Source: Flavobacteriaceae bacterium (GTDB taxonomy: Bacteria; Bacteroidota; Bacteroidia; Flavobacteriales; Flavobacteriaceae). From it: DNA of 64,000 bases. The stretch is taken from the NCBI GenBank assembly GCA_027073495.1, contig JALSVQ010000089.1:1346-65345 (forward strand), written 5' to 3'. How positions within the stretch are numbered: position 1 is the first letter of the stretch; each line of letters starts with the position of its first letter. Made by a program: the position numbers and the translations under genes. The notes under the pieces are model-generated. The model searched no databases. It was not told the origin of the DNA and saw nothing but the letters and a program-made list of their open reading frames with translations. This document shows positions 45,497 to 55,191 of the stretch, piece after piece.

Positions 45497-46216
45497 TTAT
45501 AGCTTCAAATAAAAATCTTTGACCAATTTTTTATACGCTGCTGTGTATTGGTGGCGTGCTATTTCCAAAACTAATTTTGCTGTTATCAAGGCTTGATTGC
45601 TTTGTGCAAGCTGTATCAATACACGCTTGGCTTTGCTGGTTGAGGTGCCATAAACACGTGTTATTTTATAAGGGAATAAACCTTGTTTTGCTGCAATCTC
45701 ACAAAATAATTCTTGAGATTCAAGAGGTATAATAACTGCCAGTTCACCCAAAGGCGCTAATAAACGCTTACTATGCATAATCAAAACATCAAAAGGCAAA
45801 CTAGCTGCTTGTCTTGCTTGTTCTCTAGCTGTGCTAATATGTTTGATACTTTGAAAAAAAGGCGGATTACAAACGATAAGATTGTACTTTTTTTTCGTTT
45901 TAAACGTGTTTAAATCGGTATTAAATGCATTTAATCTATTTGACCAATCAGACACTTTAAAATTAGCTTTTGCTTGACAAAAAGCAGCGGTATCAATATC
46001 TAAAGCATCTATTATTGTGTTTTCACTACGTTGTGCAAGCATTAATGCAAGCAAACCTGTTCCTGTACCAATGTCTAAACAGTGGAGTTGTGATGGAGTT
46101 GTTGGTATTGTGACCCACGCGCCTAATAAAACACCATCAGTACCAATTTTCATAGCGGTTTTATCTTGTGCTACTGCAAATTTTTTAAACTGAAATGGTT
46201 TTAAATCGTTATTCAT
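45497..46216 (-). CDS. tRNA1(Val) (adenine37-N6)-methyltransferase-like SAM methyltransferase (YfiC/TrmN6 type)
   Basis: 239 aa: FKKFAVAQDKTAMKIGTDGVLLGAW, SAM motif LDIGTGTGLL and catalytic CNPPFF. Its 3' 254 nt are the intact member of the direct-repeat pair. Confidence 0.75.
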   Translation of the reverse strand: MNNDLKPFQFKKFAVAQDKTAMKIGTDGVLLGAWVTIPTTPSQLHCLDIGTGTGLLALMLAQRSENTIIDALDIDTAAFCQAKANFKVSDWSNRLNAFNTDLNTFKTKKKYNLIVCNPPFFQSIKHISTAREQARQAASLPFDVLIMHSKRLLAPLGELAVIIPLESQELFCEIAAKQGLFPYKITRVYGTSTSKAKRVLIQLAQSNQALITAKLVLEIARHQYTAAYKKLVKDFYLKL

Positions 46217-46733
46217 TGATGGTAAGTAGCCCTTCTGGAGTAGTAACGGTTATCGTTTTGTTCGGTTTATCTACTTTAACTAGAAATTCATCTATTATAG
46301 GAATGAAAATTTCGTAACCTATTTTTTCAATGCAAAATAAAGGTTGTGCAGTGTGATCGATTACGCTTGTTATTTTTCCTACAGCACCATAATTTGTATC
46401 AATTACATCAAAACCAATAATCTCGTGATAATAAAACTTATCATCGGCTAGTTCTGGCAGCAAATCTAATGGTAAATAGAGGTTTTTTTTTAGCAATGCA
46501 TCTGCATCTGCATCGGTATCAACATCTTCAAAATGGACACGTAGCAATTCACTTTTGTGCAAGCTGCTCTTTTTAATAAAAAAAGGAATCAGTTTTTGGT
46601 GTAATTCCACAAAAACTGATTCCAAATTTTCAAATTGTTTTGGGTTGTCAGTATCTAATTTTACTAACAGTTCCCCTTTAAAACTGTATTTTTTTACGAT
46701 AGTACCAAGATAAAAACAATCTTGCTTTTGCAT
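46209..46733 (-). CDS. rimM: 16S rRNA processing protein RimM
   Basis: 174 aa with RimM N-domain plus PRC barrel. It lies downstream of rpsP as usual. Confidence 0.85.
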   Translation of the reverse strand: MQKQDCFYLGTIVKKYSFKGELLVKLDTDNPKQFENLESVFVELHQKLIPFFIKKSSLHKSELLRVHFEDVDTDADADALLKKNLYLPLDLLPELADDKFYYHEIIGFDVIDTNYGAVGKITSVIDHTAQPLFCIEKIGYEIFIPIIDEFLVKVDKPNKTITVTTPEGLLTINE

Positions 46734-46737
46734 CGTT

Positions 46738-47280
46738 TTACTCTTCAGTTTTTTCTTCAGCAGCAGGAGCTTCTTCAGCTGGCGCTTCAGTAGCAGGTTC
46801 TTCTATAGCTTCTTCTACAACCGCTTCTGGTTGTGGTTTTCTCGCTTCAGATCTATCCTCACTCATTGTTTTTTCTACAGCTAAACGATCTGATTTTGTT
46901 TTTGCATCTGCTTTTGATAAACCATCTGCTTTAGCTTGTATTTTAACTTCTTTTTCTTTAAGCCAAGCTTCAAAACGTTCTGTAGCTTGTTCTTCAGTGA
47001 GTGCTCCTTTTTTAACGCCTTCTAACAAGTGTTTTTTAAGCATCACTCCTCTGTAAGAAAGTAACGTTCTTGCTGTATCAGAAGGTTGTGCTCCGTTGAA
47101 CAACCATTGTACTGCTTGATCTACGTTTACCTCTACTGTAGCTGGATTTGTGTTTGGATTGTAAACACCTAATTTTTCTAGGAATTTACCATCACGTTTT
47201 ACTCTTGAGTCGGCGGCAACTATCCAATAGAATGGTTTACCTTTTTTACCGTGTCTTTGTAGTCTTATTCTAACTGCCAT
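46738..47280 (-). CDS. rpsP: 30S ribosomal protein S16 with a long E/A/K-rich C-terminal extension
   Basis: [31 protein letters not shown]..., 180 aa. Confidence 0.9.
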   Translation of the reverse strand: MAVRIRLQRHGKKGKPFYWIVAADSRVKRDGKFLEKLGVYNPNTNPATVEVNVDQAVQWLFNGAQPSDTARTLLSYRGVMLKKHLLEGVKKGALTEEQATERFEAWLKEKEVKIQAKADGLSKADAKTKSDRLAVEKTMSEDRSEARKPQPEAVVEEAIEEPATEAPAEEAPAAEEKTEE

Positions 47281-47399
47281 AAGTACATTAAATTTTGAGG
47301 TACGAAACCTCGATTATTAATTAATAAATTATTTTAAGGTTGCAAATATAGTTATATTATTGCTATTCAAAACAAAAACACCGTTTTTATTCTACTTTT

Positions 47400-47831
47400 T
47401 TAATGAAAAGCATCAATAATCACACAAAACTCAGCCTCTACTCCTGTTGCTGTAAGGTCAAAACGCATTTCTTGTCCTATAGCATTTCCAGTGCGTTGAC
47501 ACGTTACGTTAACGGTGTAAGTGTTTCCATTTAAATTTAAAGTTCCTGTTCCTGTGCCATTCAAGGTAACCACTGTTGTAGTAAAATTGAATCCTCCAGG
47601 ATTGCTTGTTTGATAAATTTCTACTTCAGGACCATTGCTTGATGTATTAAAAAAATCTGTAGTTAAATCTGATTCAGGTATCAATGTTTGCGTTGTTGTT
47701 GTGGTATCTACAAATGTAAATCCTTGATATTGACAAGTATCATCATTTGCATAAGGAGCATCATCATTATTACAACTCGAAAAGGTTAATACTACTATTA
47801 AAGCTACAAAGGTTTTAAAAATTGTTTTCAT
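47400..47831 (-). CDS. Small lipoprotein, function unknown
   Basis: 143 aa with lipobox LTFSSC. It is T/N-rich and has four further cysteines. Confidence 0.5.
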   Translation of the reverse strand: MKTIFKTFVALIVVLTFSSCNNDDAPYANDDTCQYQGFTFVDTTTTTQTLIPESDLTTDFFNTSSNGPEVEIYQTSNPGGFNFTTTVVTLNGTGTGTLNLNGNTYTVNVTCQRTGNAIGQEMRFDLTATGVEAEFCVIIDAFH

Positions 47832-47907
47832 TTATTATTATTTTAGTTTATATACATTAATATCAACTAATAATATTTTTGTTACCCTTGTAATTATAAA
47901 AAAACGA

Positions 47908-48231
47908 TTAACAACAGGATATTTTATCAAAATTTTCTTCAAACAACACACCAAATAATTGCTGTGCTTTTTTCCATTGTTCTTGATTGATACAATAACG
48001 TACTTTAGGCGGATTGACCTCGCCTTGTATTAAATCTGCATCTTTGAGCGCTTTGAGGTGTTGAGAAATGGTAGATTGTGCAAGTGGTAACACATCGACT
48101 AAATCTCCTGTAAAACAGCAACTTTGACTGCTCAAATGTTTTAAAATAATAATACGCACAGGATGCCCTAATGCTTTTGCAAATCGGGCTAATTCATTGG
48201 TGTCTGCTGAGTATTGTATTTTGTTTTTCAT
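47908..48231 (-). CDS. ArsR/SmtB-family metalloregulator
   Basis: 107 aa with winged HTH ...SQSCCFTGDLVDVLPLAQSTISQHLKALKDADLI. Confidence 0.8.
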   Translation of the reverse strand: MKNKIQYSADTNELARFAKALGHPVRIIILKHLSSQSCCFTGDLVDVLPLAQSTISQHLKALKDADLIQGEVNPPKVRYCINQEQWKKAQQLFGVLFEENFDKISCC

Positions 48232-48240
48232 AATTATTTT

Positions 48241-50079
48241 TTAAACTGAAAATTGCATATCATAGAGTTTTTTGTAAAAACCATTGTGAGCTAATAATGA
48301 TTGATGCGTTCCTGATTCTACTATTTTTCCTTTGTCCATCACAAGAATGGTAGTGGCTTGTTGTATAGTTGATAAACGGTGCGCTATAATAATAGATGTT
48401 CTATTAGCAGTAATGGCATCTGTTGCTTTTTGAATTAATTTTTCTGAATAGGTATCTATTGAAGAGGTGGCTTCATCGAGTACTAAAACACTTGGATTAC
48501 TCACATAAACACGTAAAAAAGCAATCAACTGGCGTTGCCCTGAAGAAAGCATTACGCCACGTTCTTTGATATTGTAATGATAATTATCTGGCAAACTCAT
48601 AATAAACTCATGAATACCAATAGTTTTAGCTGCTTTTTTGACTTCTTCTAAACTGATATTTGGATTGTTTAATGCAATATTATTATAAATAGAATCTGCA
48701 AAAAGAAAAACATCTTGTAGTACCACACCTATATGCTTCCTTAGATTGTTTAACTTGAACGCCTGTATCGGAATACCATCAACGGTAATACTTCCGCTAT
48801 CCAATTCATAAAACCGATTGATTAAATTGATAATAGTAGATTTTCCTGCTCCTGTAGCACCTACAATAGCTACTTTGTCACCTTGTTCAATATTAAAGCT
48901 AATGCCTTTGAGCACTTCTTCATCTTTGATGTACGAAAAATGAACATCTTTAACAGCTATTACACCGTTGATATTTGTTTTTTCGAACGTGCCATTGTTT
49001 ACGATACTACTTTCAGTATCCAAAACTTTAAAAACACGTTTGGAAGCAATCATTCCCATTTGTAAAGTGTTAAACTTGTCTGCTATTTGACGTAACGGTC
49101 TAAAAAGTTGTTTAGACATTGATATAAAAGCAATAAGTGTCCCAACGGTTAATGTTCCTGTTATAATCTGCAAACCACCATACCAAGCTAACAACCCGAT
49201 GGTTATAGATGTAATAATCTCTACAACAGGAAAAAATATAGCATAAAAACCAATAGTTTTTACGTGTGCTTTACGGTGTTTTGCATTAATTGTTTTAAAA
49301 TTATCAAAGGCTATTTGCTCCCTGTTAAATAGTTGTACTATTTTCATACCACTAAGGCGTTCTTGAACAAAACCATTGAGATTGGCTACTTGATTACGCA
49401 CCTCTTGAAAAGTTGCTTTGATGTGTTTTTGAAACCAACGAGTAGCAGCTAGAATAATAGGCATAATAGCCAAAACTATCAAAGTGAGTTTTACATGCAT
49501 AAAAAGCATAAGCAGTAAAACGGATAGCATTTTGAGAATATCACTAACCATAACAAAAAGTCCTTGACCAAAAATACTCGAAATGGTTTCGATATCATTG
49601 ACAACACGAGTAACCCGTTTACCAATAGAAGTAGTGTCAAAATATGCTTTTTTGAAATGGAGAATATGCTTAAACACCTTAATACGCATATCTCGTATTA
49701 CATTTTGACCTAATAAATTAGCACAATAAATAAAGCCAAATTGTACCAATACTTCTAATAATAATACAATAATAATATAAATACTAAAACGCAAAAGTCC
49801 TATTTGGTCTTTGGTTGTTATGTAATGATCAATAGTGTATTGTAATAATTTTGGGCGCAAAACACCAAGTCCAGCAAGACTTAAAGCTAAAATAGCAGCA
49901 GCAATAAAGACTGTTTTATACACATAAGCAAATGCCATAATGCGTTTAAACACGGCTTTATCAAATATATTGCCTTTTGATTTGTCTGTTTTATTGGTCA
50001 ATTTTCTATTGTTTATGCACAAAGATACATAAATATAGTTGTAGTGAGGCGTTTTTAGTTTTTTGGTCTTTTCATACAA
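48241..50079 (-). CDS. ABC transporter, fused permease/ATPase (MsbA-like exporter; true start probably ~25 codons downstream)
   Basis: Six-TM domain, Walker A GATGAGKST, signature LSSGQRQ and Walker B VLVLDEATS. Confidence 0.85.
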   Translation of the reverse strand: MYEKTKKLKTPHYNYIYVSLCINNRKLTNKTDKSKGNIFDKAVFKRIMAFAYVYKTVFIAAAILALSLAGLGVLRPKLLQYTIDHYITTKDQIGLLRFSIYIIIVLLLEVLVQFGFIYCANLLGQNVIRDMRIKVFKHILHFKKAYFDTTSIGKRVTRVVNDIETISSIFGQGLFVMVSDILKMLSVLLLMLFMHVKLTLIVLAIMPIILAATRWFQKHIKATFQEVRNQVANLNGFVQERLSGMKIVQLFNREQIAFDNFKTINAKHRKAHVKTIGFYAIFFPVVEIITSITIGLLAWYGGLQIITGTLTVGTLIAFISMSKQLFRPLRQIADKFNTLQMGMIASKRVFKVLDTESSIVNNGTFEKTNINGVIAVKDVHFSYIKDEEVLKGISFNIEQGDKVAIVGATGAGKSTIINLINRFYELDSGSITVDGIPIQAFKLNNLRKHIGVVLQDVFLFADSIYNNIALNNPNISLEEVKKAAKTIGIHEFIMSLPDNYHYNIKERGVMLSSGQRQLIAFLRVYVSNPSVLVLDEATSSIDTYSEKLIQKATDAITANRTSIIIAHRLSTIQQATTILVMDKGKIVESGTHQSLLAHNGFYKKLYDMQFSV

Positions 50080-50080
50080 T

Positions 50081-50245
50081 AATGATGAGTCAGTTTTTGT
50101 AGCTTGTTAAAAAAATTTACAATTAAAATTTAACTTTTTTTACACCTTTTCGCAATTGCTCAATATTAGTTGCTAATACAATAATGTGATGCAATATATT
50201 TTGCTGGTTTCATCAAACTAATTATGATAAGTCAGTTTTTGTAGC
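50081..50245. repeat. Pair of ~22-nt direct repeats atgatRagtcagtttttgtagc about 140 nt apart
   Basis: Read at ~50081-50103 and ~50221-50245, in the spacer between the ABC exporter start and the small + strand ORF. Confidence 0.5.
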
Positions 50246-50322
50246 ATTTGAAAATAAATGCGATTTTCACGCAACCAAATTCGTTTTTTGCATCTTTATA
50301 TAAAGACTCTTCGTATTTAATT

Positions 50323-50547
50323 ATGATTAAGCGCATTAAACTAATCGATATTTTCAATAAACGTAATCAAGTATTGGTTGCTAAGAATTGGAGACGCTAC
50401 AAAAACAGTTTAATACTCTCTGGTTTAATGACAAGTAAAATTGAAAAAATGATGGGTTATTATAAAAAAGGACTCATTAATTCTAAAGAGCTTTATACTA
50501 TCATATTACAAGACATCAATAGCCATTATAAAACTATGGAAAATTAA
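50323..50547 (+). CDS. Small hypothetical protein (about 74 aa from the internal ATG)
   Basis: Only ORF evidence. I recognise no family. Confidence 0.3.
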   Translation: MIKRIKLIDIFNKRNQVLVAKNWRRYKNSLILSGLMTSKIEKMMGYYKKGLINSKELYTIILQDINSHYKTMEN

Positions 50548-50576
50548 TTGTCAACTTCTTTAGAAGTTAATAATGA

Positions 50577-51590
50577 CTAGTTTCCACTTTCCAATGCGTA
50601 ATAAGCATCAAGTTCTTTTAAATACTTGCTTTTTATTGTTTGATTAAGAAATGAATATTGAAATGAGTTTTTTGCCAATTCATAGAGCGTAGCTTTGTCG
50701 AGGTTTAAAGCCGTTTGAATTGCCTCATAATTGGCGTTCACCTGACCACCAAAATAAGCAGGATCATCTGAATTAATTGTAACTTTTAAACCTGCAGCAA
50801 GCATCTTTTTCAAAGGATGTTGTTTTAAATCTTCGACTACTTGTAGTGCAGAATTAGACAACGGACAAACAGTAAGAGCTATATCTCGAGAGACTATATC
50901 TGCTACAAGGTTTTTGTCTTCTAGCGCATTGTTTCCATGGTCAATACGTTGAATATTGAGTAAATCTAAAGCTTCCCAAACATATTCCGCAGGTCCTTCT
51001 TCTCCTGCATGAGCTACAGGAATATATCCTGCTTCTTCAGATGCTTTAAACACGTTGATAAATTTACTTGGTGGATTTCCTTTTTCTGAAGAATCTAAAC
51101 CTACGGCTGCTATTTTGTCTTTGAAGGGTAATGATTGTTCTAATGTTTTAAAGGCATCTGCTTCACCAAGATGACGCAAGTAAGACATAATTAACAATGC
51201 TGTGACACTCAGATTTTCTTTAGCATCTACTATTGCACGGTGAATTCCATTAATAACTGTTTCAAAAGCCACACCTCTTTCAGTATGTGTTTGTGGATCA
51301 AACATAATTTCGGTATGACGTACGTTTTGAGCAGCACATTTTTTAAGATAACTATAAGTCAAATCATAAAAATCTTGCTCCTTGATAAGTACACTTGCTC
51401 CTTGATAATAGATATCTAAAAAATCTTGCAGACAATCAAATTTATACGCATCTCGTACTTCTTCAACACTGTTATAAGGTATATCAATTTGATTGCGTTG
51501 TGCTATTTCAAACATCAATTCTGGTTCAAAAGAACCTTCAATGTGTAAATGTAGTTCTGCTTTGGGTAAATTTTGTATAAATGTTTTCAT
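50577..51590 (-). CDS. add: Adenosine/adenine deaminase family protein
   Basis: 337 aa: LPKAELHLHIEGSFEPELMFEIAQRN ... INSDDPAYFGG. Confidence 0.85.
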   Translation of the reverse strand: MKTFIQNLPKAELHLHIEGSFEPELMFEIAQRNQIDIPYNSVEEVRDAYKFDCLQDFLDIYYQGASVLIKEQDFYDLTYSYLKKCAAQNVRHTEIMFDPQTHTERGVAFETVINGIHRAIVDAKENLSVTALLIMSYLRHLGEADAFKTLEQSLPFKDKIAAVGLDSSEKGNPPSKFINVFKASEEAGYIPVAHAGEEGPAEYVWEALDLLNIQRIDHGNNALEDKNLVADIVSRDIALTVCPLSNSALQVVEDLKQHPLKKMLAAGLKVTINSDDPAYFGGQVNANYEAIQTALNLDKATLYELAKNSFQYSFLNQTIKSKYLKELDAYYALESGN

Positions 51591-52519
51591 TAGTCAGTTA
51601 CTTGAATATCAAATTGAGTTAATATTTTGAATTGCTCCAAACGGTCTTTCATTTCTTTTTCACTTAAATCAAGTACACGTGCTGTACCAAATTTTTCAAC
51701 ACAGAATGAAGCGAGATTAGAACCAAAAATTATAGCATTCTTCATATTATTAAACGAAATATTTTTAGTTTTTGCCAAATAACTGATAAAACCACCTGCA
51801 AAAGTATCTCCAGCTCCTGTTGGATCAAAAATCTCTTCAAGGGGTAATGCTGGTGCAAAAAACACTTTATGACCTTCAAAAAGTAATGCGCCATGTTCCC
51901 CTTTTTTGATAACTACATATTTTGGTCCCATTTTGTGAATTTTTTTAGCAGCCAAAACCAAAGAATGTTCTCCAGAAAGCTGTCTAGCTTCTTCATCGTT
52001 TATAGTGATAACATCTACCAACTTCAAGACATCAAGCAGTTCATCTAAAGCAGAGTCCATCCAAAAATTCATGGTGTCTAATGCTATAAGTTTTGGTTTT
52101 TTACGCATTTGTAAGATAACACTTTTTTGTACTGCTGGATGTAAGTTTCCAAGCATTACAAAATCAGCATCTTGATAGAATTCTGGTACTTTTGGAGTAA
52201 AATCTTCCAAAACATTAAGATCTGTAGCAAGCGTATCACGAGAGTTGAGATCATTGTGATACAAACCTTTCCAAAAAAATGTTTTTCCGCCTTTTACAAT
52301 CTCCAAACCTTCAGTATTAATTCCTTTTGTTTTGAAAATATCAAAATATTCTTCAGGGAAATCTTCACCAACTACCGAAACAATAGCGCTAGGCACTTGC
52401 ATATTTGCTGCTGCCAAACTGATATATGTTGCTGCGCCACCTAGTATTTTGTCTGTTTTTCCAAATGGTGTTTCAATAGCGTCAAAAGCTACGGTACCTA
52501 CGATAAGTAATTTACTCAT
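51590..52519 (-). CDS. PfkB-family (ribokinase-like) sugar/nucleoside kinase
   Basis: 309 aa with C-terminal motif DPTGAGDTFAGGF. The stop overlaps the add ATG by 1 nt. A TAtaTTTG box lies 17 nt upstream. Confidence 0.8.
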   Translation of the reverse strand: MSKLLIVGTVAFDAIETPFGKTDKILGGAATYISLAAANMQVPSAIVSVVGEDFPEEYFDIFKTKGINTEGLEIVKGGKTFFWKGLYHNDLNSRDTLATDLNVLEDFTPKVPEFYQDADFVMLGNLHPAVQKSVILQMRKKPKLIALDTMNFWMDSALDELLDVLKLVDVITINDEEARQLSGEHSLVLAAKKIHKMGPKYVVIKKGEHGALLFEGHKVFFAPALPLEEIFDPTGAGDTFAGGFISYLAKTKNISFNNMKNAIIFGSNLASFCVEKFGTARVLDLSEKEMKDRLEQFKILTQFDIQVTD

Positions 52520-52673
52520 TTTTATTAATTTTTAGGCAAATATAAAGGTTTCTATAAGGAATACGAAATTTAATATAAAAATCATAGAAAATGTTGGTTT
52601 TGTTGTGTTCGCAATAGATAATATGTTTTTTTTTATACATTTACCTCTTAATTAATAATTTATTATTTCAAAA

Positions 52674-53315
52674 ATGAAAAAATCTATTTATCTATTTGCT
52701 CTACTAATAAATATTTCATTTGGTTTTTCGCAAGAGCATAACAGAAGAACGTATTCAATTAATGTAAATAACAAACCACAAACAGTTGAACTTATAGAAA
52801 ATGAAAACGGGAAATATTCAGGAAATATAATTACAGAACTTACAAAAGTATATCAGAAAAAAGGTTGGATTAATCGTGCTTGGAGGAAAATATGGAATAT
52901 AAATGACAAAAAAATTATCGAAAAAAAACCATTAAATAAAACCCTAGTACAAAAACTAATGAACGAACTTAAAGACAATGAAATAGAAACCATAAAAGAT
53001 TGTGTTTATGATGAGAAATGCTTTCAATATGGATTTCTAGATGATGGAAGTGTTTATTTTAAAATTAGAAGTCCTGAAGTTGAGAGACGATATACATTTG
53101 AAGAAATTTATCCTATAAATGGAAAAAATATAGAAAAAATTGAGCTTCGTGCTAAGGCACAAAAGTTGATAACTATTCTCTATAAATATATTGATTTGAA
53201 ACAAGAATTCAAAGCCGTATTTAAAAGGCTTCCAAGAGGATATTATAACTGGATTGAAGGTGTGGTAATTGTTACAAAAAACAACAAGAAAAAGAGAAAG
53301 TACTTGTGGAAATAA
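52674..53315 (+). CDS. Secreted hypothetical protein
   Basis: 213 aa with signal peptide MKKSIYLFALLINISFGFSQ. It is K-rich and I recognise no domain. Confidence 0.5.
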   Translation: MKKSIYLFALLINISFGFSQEHNRRTYSINVNNKPQTVELIENENGKYSGNIITELTKVYQKKGWINRAWRKIWNINDKKIIEKKPLNKTLVQKLMNELKDNEIETIKDCVYDEKCFQYGFLDDGSVYFKIRSPEVERRYTFEEIYPINGKNIEKIELRAKAQKLITILYKYIDLKQEFKAVFKRLPRGYYNWIEGVVIVTKNNKKKRKYLWK

Positions 53316-53393
53316 TCTAATTAGATTATGAAAAACAATACTATTTTAGTGGAAATAGAAGAAATACATTCAGAAAAATAAATACAAAATAAT

Positions 53394-54080
53394 TTGAAAA
53401 CACTTGGAACAACAAAAATATCGTACGAGATTGAAGAACTATTAGATAGTTCCGAAAACTATTTAATTATAGTATCTCCATATCTCAAACTTAATAATAG
53501 ACTAAAAGTTAAACTTTCAGATGCTTTTAAAAAAGTTGAACATATCTATTGGATTTATAGAGAAAATGAATTGAAAAACCAAGAATTAATTTGGCTAAAA
53601 TCATTTCATAATTTAAATATATTTTCAATAAAAAACTTACATTCAAAAATTTATGTTAATCAAGAATTTGCCATAATTACATCAATGAACTTATATGAAT
53701 ATTCTCAAATAAACAATCACGAAATCGGTGTAAAACTTGAATTAAATGAAGATCGAAATGAATATCTAAACATTTTAAATGAAGTGAGAATTATACTTGA
53801 GTCTGAATATGATGATACGACTATTTCTAATATCATTGAAAGCTTTGAAAATTATTATATGGGAAGTTTATTTTGGTATTTGACTGATAACTATTCGTTT
53901 AGAAGTTATAATAGTGGTTCTCCCAAACTCTATAAGTTTTTATGTGATAAAGCTCGAGAAATAATTGATTTTAAGGATTATGAATTATATCAAGATAAAA
54001 CAGCTGTTTTAAGAACAACCAATCTAGGAAAAGAAAGGTATGAAAAACTTAAAAAACACTTAATCAAGATAGCAAATTAA
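53394..54080 (+). CDS. PLD-superfamily (HxK nuclease/phospholipase D-like) domain protein with an extra C-terminal domain
   Basis: 228 aa with a single HKD-type motif HSKIYVNQEFAIITSMNL, preceded by the strand pattern YLIIVSPYL typical of Nuc-like PLD nucleases. The start is TTG. Confidence 0.55.
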   Translation: MKTLGTTKISYEIEELLDSSENYLIIVSPYLKLNNRLKVKLSDAFKKVEHIYWIYRENELKNQELIWLKSFHNLNIFSIKNLHSKIYVNQEFAIITSMNLYEYSQINNHEIGVKLELNEDRNEYLNILNEVRIILESEYDDTTISNIIESFENYYMGSLFWYLTDNYSFRSYNSGSPKLYKFLCDKAREIIDFKDYELYQDKTAVLRTTNLGKERYEKLKKHLIKIAN

Positions 54081-54147
54081 CATAAAACTCAGCACAAAAC
54101 AACAAAAATTCTCTTTTATCCATTACATTTGCAAAAAAAGTATTTTT

Positions 54148-55191
54148 ATGGCAACGCAAGCAACTTTAAAAGTCAAAGCAATACATCAAGAAACAGCAGA
54201 TGCTATATCGCTCGTTTTTGATGTTCCTCAAAATCTAAAGGAAGCCTTCAATTTTGAAGCAGGACAATATATTACTATCAACACAACACTAGAAGGTAAT
54301 AAAATCAAACGAGCTTACTCGTTGTGTACCGCTCCGCATGAAGATTTACTGCAAGTAGTTATCAAACGCATTACTGGTGGTACTTTTTCGGTTTATGCTA
54401 CAGCGAAAATAAAAGTTGGTGATACCTTTGTTATAGGCAGTCCTGAAGGACGTTTTATGCTTAAAACAGACGCTACGCAAAGTAAAAAATATTTGGGTTT
54501 TGCTGCAGGAAGTGGTATTACGCCATTATTCAGTATGGTTAAAACTGTGCTTCACAACGAGCCTGAGAGTACTTTCACTTTGGTTTATGGTAATAAAACA
54601 TCAAAAGACACTATTTTTTATAAAAAGCTAAACGAACTAGCAGCAAACAAGCCACGTTTTCAATTACAGTACGTTTTTAGTCAATCTAACGAAGCCGATG
54701 CGCTATTTGGTCGTATTGATGCTAGCATTGTTAATTTAATGCTGAATAAAGGAAATTACGATGCTTTTTATATTTGTGGTCCCGAAGCGATGACACATAC
54801 CATAAAAGATACGTTAATAGTAAAAAATTACAGTGAAAATAGTATTCATTATGAGCTGTTTTCTGCCAAAACTAAAACTGCAGATCAAAAAGTTAATACA
54901 GCTATAACAGGAGATGTCACCCTTACTGTTGTTTTAGATGATGAGACAGAAACCTTAAAAATGAATCCCAAAGATACCGTTCTCAAAGGTGCTTTGGATC
55001 ACAATATTGACGCTCCTTATTCATGTCAAGGTGGTATTTGTAGTAGTTGCATTTGCAAAGTGACCGAAGGTAAGGTAAAACTGCTTAAAAACGAGATTCT
55101 AACCGATGTTGAACTTGCTGATGGGTTAACGCTTGCTTGCCAAGCAATACCAGAAACAGCAACTGTAACCATCAATTTTGATGACCTGTAA
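54148..55191 (+). CDS. Ferredoxin-NAD(P) reductase-type flavoprotein with a C-terminal plant-type 2Fe-2S domain (PaaK/PaaE-like)
   Basis: 347 aa with FAD motif RAYSL, NAD motif GFAAGSGITP and the cluster CQGGICSSCICKV...LACQ. A TAcaTTTG box lies 17 nt upstream. Confidence 0.8.
   Translation: MATQATLKVKAIHQETADAISLVFDVPQNLKEAFNFEAGQYITINTTLEGNKIKRAYSLCTAPHEDLLQVVIKRITGGTFSVYATAKIKVGDTFVIGSPEGRFMLKTDATQSKKYLGFAAGSGITPLFSMVKTVLHNEPESTFTLVYGNKTSKDTIFYKKLNELAANKPRFQLQYVFSQSNEADALFGRIDASIVNLMLNKGNYDAFYICGPEAMTHTIKDTLIVKNYSENSIHYELFSAKTKTADQKVNTAITGDVTLTVVLDDETETLKMNPKDTVLKGALDHNIDAPYSCQGGICSSCICKVTEGKVKLLKNEILTDVELADGLTLACQAIPETATVTINFDDL

Noticed and set aside
46738-47020. The long E/A/K-rich C-terminal extension of ribosomal protein S16.
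   Set aside because: To my knowledge extended S16 tails are common in Bacteroidota, so this is not treated as unusual.
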